Position numbers and translations under genes: made by a program
In this document: positions 1-7,690 of the stretch, piece after piece
Position numbering within the stretch: position 1 is the stretch's first letter
Layout: each line of letters starts with the position of its first letter
Notes under the pieces: model-generated
What the model saw: only the letters and a program-made list of their open reading frames with translations
Database searches by the model: none
What the model was told of the DNA's origin: nothing
NCBI GenBank assembly: GCA_017552705.1
Contig: JAFZOY010000116.1
Location: 24,310-88,309 of the forward strand
Direction: 5' to 3'
Source of the DNA: Bacteroidales bacterium
GTDB taxonomy: Bacteria > Bacteroidota > Bacteroidia > Bacteroidales > UBA1715
DNA length: 64,000 nucleotides

Positions 1-1565
1 GCAGAATTATTCCAACTATAAACAGTGTCTATTTTTATTCTATTATGTTGCGACAACTGTTTATCAGTTGATTTTTGTATCAGAAATAATTGTTGCAAGG
101 AATCCACGTACAAATACGTCCATTTTGTATTATTTGGAAATTTAACTACAACCTTTTCTACATTATGAGGATAACGATCTGCCGACCAGTCACATTGTCC
201 ATAAAGCCGTTCGAGTTGCATTCGTTTCGCGACATACACGCTATCTTTCTTTGAAATCGGTTTGACAGGTTGCGTGGCTGTTTTTGTTTCTGCCATTTCT
301 GATTTTTGTACCACAACCTCTTGCTTCGTCGACTTTGAATCCACAATCTCTTGTTTTGGAGTTTGCTTTATGTATTCTTTTCGAACTCCGTTAATTGTTT
401 TAGCAACAAGTCTATTCAACGAATCATATTCCATTTCCGTTGTCGTAGTGTCTGACTTTATCAAAATAGTATTTCCTTTTTCATCGTATTTGTACTCTGT
501 TTTCACACCATTCGACAAACTCATTATTTTCCGTCCTACCGAATCATATTCGTATTCCAACGAGTTTTGTAAATCTTTCTTACACAACAATTTACCTTTT
601 TCATTATACAATTGTGTGCGTATAGGATATTTATCGCCGTTGGCAAAAACCATCGTATCTCTAATTATTTCACGACCTGGGGAATAGTTTCGATATAATA
701 ACACTTGAGAACCATCTTTATATGTCAACACACGTGTATTGATTGACTCTCTTGAATCCAACGAAAAATTTTTTCCTAAAATTTCTATTGTTGTATCAAT
801 TGCCGTTGCATATTTTTTTTCTTTCGCTAATTGCAACTTTCCATCTTCTAAAACATACGTTGAGAAATATCCTTTTTTTCTATGTGTGGTAGTTATAGTC
901 TTCGAATGCAATTCGCCACCGCTCATAATTTGCTTTAACGTAGGAGAAGAAAACGTTGTCTTTGTTCCATGCCAATATTTCGCATCTGCAACTGCGCCAT
1001 TTATGTCATAAATAACCAACCGACGATGATACTTGCGACAAACGACCTTTTGATTATATTTTGGTCTAAGAGAATTTTCCTTGATACATATTTCGTAGTT
1101 TTTTTCTCCATTTGATGCATGATAGCGAGTAATTTGCGCTATATTCAAAAATCGTCCTTTAGGAACAAATATTGCCGACGGACTTAGAACATACGGGAAA
1201 CGAAGTCGTTTTTTTAGATATTCTATATACGAACACTCTCGTCCTACACTATCGTAACATCGCGACGACAATGTAGTCTCCACACTACGCTTATTCTTTG
1301 AAACTACTTTCTCGTATATTTTTATTTTTTGCGAATCGGAACTATAGCCGATTTTTCTTGTATAAAATTTTTGAGAGTCTGCTTCAAGAAGTCCAACACT
1401 ATCCCTTACCCTATGGATATAATCAACATTATTGGGCATTTTAGTAAGTATTCGAAAATATGGTCGTTTGTAAACTTTGTGTCCTTCCACAACCAAACGT
1501 TGCCCCATTCCTATTATAGAAAGGAATATGAAGAAAATTGTCAATATGTGCCTTGGGGACTTCAA
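1..1565 (-). CDS. Secreted YD/RHS-like repeat protein, N-terminal ~521 codons (3' end lies beyond left edge; absent from ORF track)
   Basis: Hand translation: minus frame open from 1565 to 1. TTG 1565 gives MKSPRHILTIFFIFLSIIGMGQ (signal-peptide-like). Later motifs YEYDSVGRK, YKYDEKGN, MEYDSLNRL resemble YD repeats. Plus-strand ORFs 262-687, 739-1011 and 1329-1625 are its mirror image. Confidence 0.6.
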   Translation of the reverse strand, partial: MKSPRHILTIFFIFLSIIGMGQRLVVEGHKVYKRPYFRILTKMPNNVDYIHRVRDSVGLLEADSQKFYTRKIGYSSDSQKIKIYEKVVSKNKRSVETTLSSRCYDSVGRECSYIEYLKKRLRFPYVLSPSAIFVPKGRFLNIAQITRYHASNGEKNYEICIKENSLRPKYNQKVVCRKYHRRLVIYDINGAVADAKYWHGTKTTFSSPTLKQIMSGGELHSKTITTTHRKKGYFSTYVLEDGKLQLAKEKKYATAIDTTIEILGKNFSLDSRESINTRVLTYKDGSQVLLYRNYSPGREIIRDTMVFANGDKYPIRTQLYNEKGKLLCKKDLQNSLEYEYDSVGRKIMSLSNGVKTEYKYDEKGNTILIKSDTTTTEMEYDSLNRLVAKTINGVRKEYIKQTPKQEIVDSKSTKQEVVVQKSEMAETKTATQPVKPISKKDSVYVAKRMQLERLYGQCDWSADRYPHNVEKVVVKFPNNTKWTYLYVDSLQQLFLIQKSTDKQLSQHNRIKIDTVYSWNNS

Positions 1566-1609
1566 AATAACTATAAAAGGTTTAATTCAAAAATTATTTT
1601 CATCGTTTT

Positions 1610-1895
1610 TTATTTCACATCTTGAACAAGACGAACAGAGAACTTGCCATCGTTGCTACTCTCCACGCTGACACCGCTATCGCTGAAGAACAGATGTAAT
1701 ACCCAGCCCCCTCCGTCGGAGTCGGCAGACGAAGACCAGAAAACCCCGTTACTACCCTCATAGGAATGAAAAAGATTGCTATGAATGCGAGTTTTGATTT
1801 CATACATTCAAATAATGATATGAAAGTTTGAGTTTTTGAGCGAAAGAATAGAAATTCGCAAGTCCCAATAGGAAGAAAAAGCAAATTCGTTTCAT
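1610..1895 (-). pseudogene. Decayed paralog of the lectin-like repeat gene 7691-9655 (signal peptide plus C-terminal remnant, frame broken)
   Basis: ATG 1895 encodes MKRICFFFLLGLANFYSFAQ... and stops at 1802-1800. The overlapping frame 1807-1610 encodes ...GVFWSSSADSDGGGW...FSVRLVQDVK*. 1613-1636 matches 8876-8899 at 22/24 nt. Confidence 0.5.
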
Positions 1896-1928
1896 CGTTC
1901 CATTTATTTTTTATAGGTTATTTCTTCG

Positions 1929-2480
1929 TCACCATTCTTCTTCTGGATGCAAATTGTTTATGTGAATTCCTTCCCAATTAAAAGGATTGGAACCATCGCT
2001 TCCATAAAACGACTCCGCATTTTCATATATAGAAATCTTACGTGCATATTCTGGTAATTTTCCAGGAAACACCATAAAAAAATCATACGAACGTGCGTTC
2101 CATTTTTCACCATTCTCATCTACATAAATAAACGGTTTACTTGCATATTGTACATTTTCTGGAGCATTAAGGGAAATCCATTTATCAAACGGCAACTCAC
2201 GTTGAATGCTGTCGGAAAGTATGCCAAAATGCTGTATGGTACTTATAAACGAACCGCAACGCAAACTGGTTTGCGAACCCATTCCGACTTTGTCGTTTCC
2301 CAACACGTTGTATCTGAATACCACATAGACCTGGTTTGGCTCCACAACAACTTTCATAATATGTATGTAATCACGACTTTGTCTATCAACTTTGGGATAA
2401 TACGTCGTAATTGTCTGTCCTACTACCAAAAAAGAAAGAAACAGAAAAACTATAGGCAATATGTAACGGAAAAGTTTCAT
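1929..2480 (-). CDS. Secreted hypothetical protein, KLFR-leader family member A
   Basis: ORF track 1929-2486. The ATG at 2480 gives MKLFRYILPIVFLFLSFLVVGQ signal peptide; TATTTTTG -7 box at 2501-2508. No recognisable domain. Confidence 0.6.
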   Translation of the reverse strand: MKLFRYILPIVFLFLSFLVVGQTITTYYPKVDRQSRDYIHIMKVVVEPNQVYVVFRYNVLGNDKVGMGSQTSLRCGSFISTIQHFGILSDSIQRELPFDKWISLNAPENVQYASKPFIYVDENGEKWNARSYDFFMVFPGKLPEYARKISIYENAESFYGSDGSNPFNWEGIHINNLHPEEEW

Positions 2481-2535
2481 AATCAAAAATGTTTAGAGTT
2501 CAAAAATAAGAAGATTTCTTTTACTTTTTGTCTTC
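2444..2535 (-). repeat. 5' homology cassette copy A (-7 box, leader, KLFR signal-peptide codons)
   Basis: Sense strand GAAGACAAAAAGTAAAAGAAATCTTCTTATTTTTGAACTCTAAACATTTTTGATTATGAAACTTTTCCGTTACATA; near-identical to copies B and C. Confidence 0.8.
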
Positions 2536-2625
2536 GGCAAGAAAATGACAAAGAAAATTTTCTAAATATCACTATCTATTTTGTAGTATCTAAAATAAAT
2601 AGTATTTTTACAAAAAAAACGAGAC

Positions 2626-3750
2626 ATGAAAAATCCTTTTATTCTTTCCCCATACACCGACAAATCGCTATTCTGCGACAGGGAATCGGAGTTAAAAACG
2701 CTGTTTGACTATGTTACAAACGAGGCAAATGTCACGTTAATTTCGCCACGAAGAATGGGAAAAACGGGACTAATCTACCGACTTTTCGACGAAATTTCAA
2801 CACAAAAACTCGACTTTGAAACATTTTACGTTGACATTTATGCCACACAATCTATCGACGAGTTCATAAAAGTTTTCTCCGAAACTATCATCCAATCGTT
2901 TCAAAAAAAGACTTCCCTGCTGAAAAAGGCAATGAAAGTGTTTTCGGGCGTAAAACCAGTCTTGTCGTTCGACGAACTGACGGGTAATCCGCAAATTTCT
3001 CTGTCATACAACGACAACGAGGAAAAAATGAAGACGTTACGGAGTATTTTCGATTTTTTGGAAAATCACGACAAAAAAGTGATTGTGGCATTCGACGAAT
3101 TTCAACAAGTCCGTGAATACAGAGGCGTAAACATGGAAGCCATATTACGTACTCATATACAAAAACTTACAAACGTCCGATTCATTTTCTGCGGAAGCAA
3201 GAAACATCTTATGTTCGACATTTTTGCAAACGCACGAAATCCGTTCTACGCAAGCACCAGCTACCTATATCTTGATAAGATTGACAATGGAAAATATTTC
3301 GATTTTATCGAACATCTGTTCAGTGAGCATGGGAAAACGATTGAAAGCGACGCAATTGAATTTGTGCTAAAATTCACCAAACGACACACGTTTTACACAC
3401 AATCGTTATGCCATTTCATTTTTCAAAACGCCTCCAAAAAAGTTTCGCTGCAATTTGCAAAAGAAGAAGCGGCACGACTGATTGCATTGAACGAAAACAT
3501 ATATCTGCAATATCGTTCGCTCCTTACGCCACAGCAATGGAACTATTTGAAAGCCATTGCAAAAGAAGGTGTTGTAGTACAACCAACAGCGAGTAGTTTT
3601 TTGAGGAAATACGAGATAGGCACGCCTGCAAATTCACAACGAATTTTGACCTCCCTCATAGCCAAAGATTTAATTCTCGACACAACGACCAAAGAACATA
3701 CTGAATATTCGGTTTCCGACGTGTTTTTATCCCGCTGGTTAGAAGCATAA
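2626..3750 (+). CDS. AAA+ ATPase (archaeal-ATPase/DEXX-box type) with C-terminal wHTH-like tail
   Basis: Walker A SPRRMGKTG, Walker B VIVAFDEFQQV; overall layout resembles PF01637-type ATP-binding proteins (from memory). Confidence 0.7.
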   Translation: MKNPFILSPYTDKSLFCDRESELKTLFDYVTNEANVTLISPRRMGKTGLIYRLFDEISTQKLDFETFYVDIYATQSIDEFIKVFSETIIQSFQKKTSLLKKAMKVFSGVKPVLSFDELTGNPQISLSYNDNEEKMKTLRSIFDFLENHDKKVIVAFDEFQQVREYRGVNMEAILRTHIQKLTNVRFIFCGSKKHLMFDIFANARNPFYASTSYLYLDKIDNGKYFDFIEHLFSEHGKTIESDAIEFVLKFTKRHTFYTQSLCHFIFQNASKKVSLQFAKEEAARLIALNENIYLQYRSLLTPQQWNYLKAIAKEGVVVQPTASSFLRKYEIGTPANSQRILTSLIAKDLILDTTTKEHTEYSVSDVFLSRWLEA

Positions 3751-3786
3751 CGACCATTTTTTCAACGAGTTATTTACCTCAAAACA

Positions 3787-4974
3787 ATGATTTCAAAACG
3801 TTTCATATTCCTTGCCCTCTTGCTTGCAAACATTGCGGCGTTTGCCTCGCCAAGCGACAGCGTGATGTTTCGTGTAGAGATTGGCGACAAATATGGTTTT
3901 GTGAAAGCTAATGGAGAAATTCTTATTGAACCGCAATTCGATTACGCCGGACAATTCTCGGTGAACGGTCTTGCCAAAGTTGAAATTAACGGCAAATACG
4001 GATATATTGACAAAACAGGAAAGATTGTCATTGAACCACAGTTTGAACTGGCCTTAGATTTTCATTCCGAAAACGGACTGGCTCCTGTCACCATAAATGG
4101 CAAATGGGGATTTATAGATAAAACAGGGAAAATTGTTGTTGAGCCACAATTTATAGATTGTTTTTATTCACAAGGCGTATATAATTTCCTGAGAAAAAGC
4201 GTGGACGATGACCAAACGGGATTTCTTGAGGACAGTACAGGCAAACTCACTATAGTACCCTATGTGATAATGACATTTTTTGGAGACGGACTGGCTGCCG
4301 TAAGTACCAAGAAGGGATACGGCTACATTGACTTGACCGGAGAAATTGCGATTAAACCAAATTCGAAATACCAATTTATAAGTTGCCATTATGAAGGCTT
4401 GGCTGCTGTTATGCAAAAGAACAAATGGGGCAAATGGGGCTTTATCGACAAAAAGGGGAAAGTTGTAGTAAGACCAATATATGACCACGTTTATCGTTTT
4501 TCAAACGGTAAAACCACCGTTGTAAAAAATGATAAATGCGGAGTCATAAACACCAAAGGAGAAATGATAATCAAGCCACAATTCGACATGATTGACAAAT
4601 TTGCGGCAAACGGTTTGGCAATAGTGAAAATCAATGACAAATATGGTTACATTGACACGACAGGGACAATAGTTTTCGAACCAAAATTTAACAAAGCCAC
4701 TGCTTTTTCTGAAAACAATTTTGCTTGTGTTAAAACAGACAACAAATGGGGAATAATAGACAATACGGGTAAATGGGTTATGGAACCGCAATTTGAAGGT
4801 CCATACCCTCCCGAGATTGTGGGAAACTATATCATTGTTGCAAACTATACAAAAAAAGGTACGTACCGTAGTGATGGCGTAATTGACTTGACCACAGGGA
4901 AATACACGATTGAAGCAACATGTGGTTATAAAATTAGTCCTGCTTTTATCGACGAATCCGAAGAAGATTTATAA
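3787..4974 (+). CDS. Secreted WG-repeat (KWG) protein
   Basis: Signal peptide MISKRFIFLALLLANIAAFA. Eight repeats of the type GK(Y/W)G(Y/F)IDKTGK(I/V)V(I/V)EPQF. Confidence 0.8.
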   Translation: MISKRFIFLALLLANIAAFASPSDSVMFRVEIGDKYGFVKANGEILIEPQFDYAGQFSVNGLAKVEINGKYGYIDKTGKIVIEPQFELALDFHSENGLAPVTINGKWGFIDKTGKIVVEPQFIDCFYSQGVYNFLRKSVDDDQTGFLEDSTGKLTIVPYVIMTFFGDGLAAVSTKKGYGYIDLTGEIAIKPNSKYQFISCHYEGLAAVMQKNKWGKWGFIDKKGKVVVRPIYDHVYRFSNGKTTVVKNDKCGVINTKGEMIIKPQFDMIDKFAANGLAIVKINDKYGYIDTTGTIVFEPKFNKATAFSENNFACVKTDNKWGIIDNTGKWVMEPQFEGPYPPEIVGNYIIVANYTKKGTYRSDGVIDLTTGKYTIEATCGYKISPAFIDESEEDL

Positions 4975-5033
4975 AAACGATCTCGGGGCACGAATACAAA
5001 AACAATCGGCATTATGGAACGAAAAAGTTTCAA
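4926..5033 (-). pseudogene. Orphan 5' cassette stub (KLFR leader with no mature domain)
   Basis: TTG 5033 reads MKLFRSIMPIVFVFVPRDRFYKSSSDSSIKAGLIL* (35 codons) and runs antisense into the 3' end of the WG-repeat gene. Confidence 0.5.
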
Positions 5034-5088
5034 AATCAAAAATGTTTAGAGTTCAAAAATAGAAAGTTTTCTTTTACTTTTTGTCTTC
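4997..5088 (-). repeat. 5' homology cassette copy B
   Basis: Sense GAAGACAAAAAGTAAAAGAAAACTTTCTATTTTTGAACTCTAAACATTTTTGATTTTGAAACTTTTTCGTTCCATAATGCCGATT; -7 box at 5054-5061. Confidence 0.8.
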
Positions 5089-5349
5089 AGCGACAAAAAG
5101 TAACAAAAACCGCCGTCGACGCCACATCTTCGCTAAAAATCTCCTCACTTCGCTAAACTCTCGAAATGGCGCCAACACACAATCCACGCTGCCAAGCCGA
5201 GAGTTTTTGACGCTCCGTTCAAAGATTTTCTTAACGCTCATCTGTGAAGTCGAACCATCATTGAATATTGGAAGACCATAAATCGGTGAGTATTATTGAA
5301 TACGATATTGTTTTCGCACCACGAGCATTCGACTGAGTTGCGAAGCGTG

Positions 5350-5670
5350 TCAATCCCTCTTTTTCCAAGATTCAATTGACTCCTCATATTCCTCTTTTGT
5401 ATAATATGGTGCAATATACGGAACTCTTCGACCTGAACCGTAATAATCATATTCTTTTTGTATCTTTTCAACATATTGTTTAGCATCTTCGTCAAATAAT
5501 AAGTAATCTTGCCACTCCAAAATATCATAATATGAACGTGGTGTATTATAATACTTATTGCTAAAACTGCTGTCCATAGATATCATCTCAACCTCGTTAG
5601 CATCGGTTAAATCTATTTCAAAAAATCTCTTTTCTTCAAAAGACTCATATTTATCCTTGAAGTGTCTCAT
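5350..5670 (-). CDS. Small cytoplasmic acidic/Tyr-rich hypothetical protein
   Basis: ATG 5670, 30 nt downstream of the stop of 5701-6078. No signal peptide and no recognisable motif. Confidence 0.45.
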   Translation of the reverse strand: MRHFKDKYESFEEKRFFEIDLTDANEVEMISMDSSFSNKYYNTPRSYYDILEWQDYLLFDEDAKQYVEKIQKEYDYYGSGRRVPYIAPYYTKEEYEESIESWKKRD

Positions 5671-5700
5671 TTCATTTCCCGTTACAACTTTTTGCTGAAA

Positions 5701-6078
5701 TCACGGCTTTGTTTTTATAAACCAATTCCCTTTCTTGAACTCAAAATTTTTCAAATGATAATTACGTGTATTACTACAAAGTCCAAATAAACACATCGTG
5801 TCTTTCCCACGTATTATCGTTATTGGGAAAGGAACATCACATATCAGTCCATCTGGAGTATATGGAAAAAATTCCTTAAAGAGCGTTTCTTTCTCGTATT
5901 TAACAATTGGTTTCTTTTTGACTATATCAAATACTATATGATATTTTTTTGTTGTTAATATTTTTAGATTAATTTTCTCCTTATTAGAAAATGTGAGTAA
6001 TCTATATTCTTGTGCCTGCAACGATATTGTTGTAAGCAACAGAAACACAATCGGCACTATGTAACGAAAGAGTTTCAA
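5701..6078 (-). CDS. Secreted hypothetical protein, KLFR-leader family member C
   Basis: TTG 6078 gives (M)KLFRYIVPIVFLLLTTISLQAQ; -7 box TATTTTTG at 6099-6106. Confidence 0.55.
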   Translation of the reverse strand: MKLFRYIVPIVFLLLTTISLQAQEYRLLTFSNKEKINLKILTTKKYHIVFDIVKKKPIVKYEKETLFKEFFPYTPDGLICDVPFPITIIRGKDTMCLFGLCSNTRNYHLKNFEFKKGNWFIKTKP

Positions 6079-6106
6079 AATCAAAAATGTTTAGAGTTCA
6101 AAAATA
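6042..6106 (-). repeat. 5' homology cassette copy C
   Basis: Sense TTATTTTTGAACTCTAAACATTTTTGATTTTGAAACTCTTTCGTTACATAGTGCCGATT. Confidence 0.8.
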
Positions 6107-6151
6107 ACAATTAAATGAAAATATATGTAAGAGGATCTCAAATTTTGATTG

Positions 6152-7687
6152 CTAGTAAAGGCCGTCCCTACCTTTAAGAAACTCAAGCAAATGAGTGAAT
6201 TTCTGTTGGTATGCTTTTCTAATAGAATCTCTATTATTGATAAGTAATTCCAATTTCTGCATATCGTCGGCTTTATCACTCGTTCTAAAAAATTTGAATG
6301 TTTCTGTTTCATCATCGAAACACTCTGATTTGCCCATACCACCCACACATATATCTTTAGCACCCTGCTCCATAACAACATTATTGTTATGAATCATAAA
6401 TGCCTTACATCCACATTTCTCACACTCAAAATCAAAGAGGATATTCCTATCATAATCAAATTCGACATAAGCATCTTCTATCTCATTTTCAATCACATCT
6501 ATTTTTACACTTTTGTTTTCACAAAGACTATAACACGTCAAATACCCCCGACTCTTTTTGACACCAGTATCATAAACGTGTTGATACATTATTGTATCTG
6601 AAATAAGATATGTTTCAAAAATCTTATCACTGGTATAATAACATTTCATATAGAGTGTATCATTACCAAATGAATTATAATAATCATCATATCCCCAATA
6701 CGAAGATTCTTCTTCGGACGAAGATTTTTCACGAATGATTTTTGCATCATCTTCAGACTTTTCATAGTTTAAGAATTTATAATAATGAATATTCTTTGCA
6801 CTATGGTGAATTCTATTCTTTGTCTTAATAAGGGCAATCCGCCCATTTTCTTTTTTTACATACATTGTGATACATTGATTATCAGGATCGTCAACTATTA
6901 GTCCAAAATAATTATCCCATACCCAAGGTCTGTATCGAATTATTTCATCCCATTCCACATCGTTTGTGTAACTATTTTCGTCTTTTGTCACTATTGTAGA
7001 ACTGATTTTGTCCACATCGAATGTACCTACCACTTCAACACCTTTTTCTGAGAAAATCTTTGCCAAATACAAGGTCATTTCGACATTGTCTTGTCCAAAA
7101 TATATTTGTCGTAATGAAGTAAGTTTTTCAAATTCATCAAAAAAAGCACACCCATAAAACTTATTAAAAGTGTTGATATTCAAACACTTAATATTTTTTA
7201 ATTTAGAAATACTATTTTCGGTAACAAGAATGTCAATACCTTTTATCCGTAATTCTTCCAACCACGTCATTTCCCACACTGGATTGGTAACACAAGGCAA
7301 ATTGGTTCGCAAAAAATTTCGTGCATAACTATGTCCTTCTACGTCAGTCACTTCCAAACGTTTGATTTTCTTGAAACCATCAATGCCGTTCAATCCCTGA
7401 ATAAGGAAACTTTCTATCCTCAACGCCTCGATATTCGGGAAATCTTCGGGGGTAAACGGTATGTGCTCTATCCACGGGTAGCATTTCAACTTCACATATT
7501 TCACCCGTTCCCTGTTTTTTATCTTGAAAACATCCACCTTGTTCGGCAACGACATGTCAAGTTCCAGTATCTCGTCGGGTGTGTACAACTCGTCCCAATG
7601 GAAATTGCCGTCCTTATCCATCTGCGCCATTGCCCCAAGCGAGAGGAAGAAAAAGAAAATGGGTAATATGGAACGGAAAAGTTTCAA
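6152..7687 (-). CDS. Secreted leucine-rich-repeat protein, KLFR-leader family member D
   Basis: TTG 7687 gives (M)KLFRSILPIFFFFLSLGAMAQ. LRR-like segments include NIEALRIESFLIQGLNGIDGFKKIKRLEV and LEELRIKGIDILVTENSISKLKNIKCLNI. The C-terminal part is Cys-rich. Confidence 0.7.
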   Translation of the reverse strand: MKLFRSILPIFFFFLSLGAMAQMDKDGNFHWDELYTPDEILELDMSLPNKVDVFKIKNRERVKYVKLKCYPWIEHIPFTPEDFPNIEALRIESFLIQGLNGIDGFKKIKRLEVTDVEGHSYARNFLRTNLPCVTNPVWEMTWLEELRIKGIDILVTENSISKLKNIKCLNINTFNKFYGCAFFDEFEKLTSLRQIYFGQDNVEMTLYLAKIFSEKGVEVVGTFDVDKISSTIVTKDENSYTNDVEWDEIIRYRPWVWDNYFGLIVDDPDNQCITMYVKKENGRIALIKTKNRIHHSAKNIHYYKFLNYEKSEDDAKIIREKSSSEEESSYWGYDDYYNSFGNDTLYMKCYYTSDKIFETYLISDTIMYQHVYDTGVKKSRGYLTCYSLCENKSVKIDVIENEIEDAYVEFDYDRNILFDFECEKCGCKAFMIHNNNVVMEQGAKDICVGGMGKSECFDDETETFKFFRTSDKADDMQKLELLINNRDSIRKAYQQKFTHLLEFLKGRDGLY

Positions 7688-7690
7688 AAT
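7620..7690 (-). repeat. 5' homology cassette copy D (coding part only; no own promoter)
   Basis: TTGAAACTTTTCCGTTCCATATTACCCATTTTCTTTTTCTTCCTCTCGCTTGGGGCAATGGCGCAG; about 85% identical to copy G. Confidence 0.75.

Noticed and set aside
262-1625. Plus-strand ORFs 262-687, 739-1011 and 1329-1625
   Set aside because: Their composition (S/F/V/C-rich) is implausible, and the opposite strand carries a continuous, sensible ORF over the whole interval. They are shadow ORFs.
5081-5281. 66-aa plus-strand ORF in the GC-rich intergenic element
   Set aside because: It is a short Arg/Ser/Leu-rich translation typical of reading through a GC-rich repeat, with no promoter or start context. The region is better explained as a structured non-coding element.
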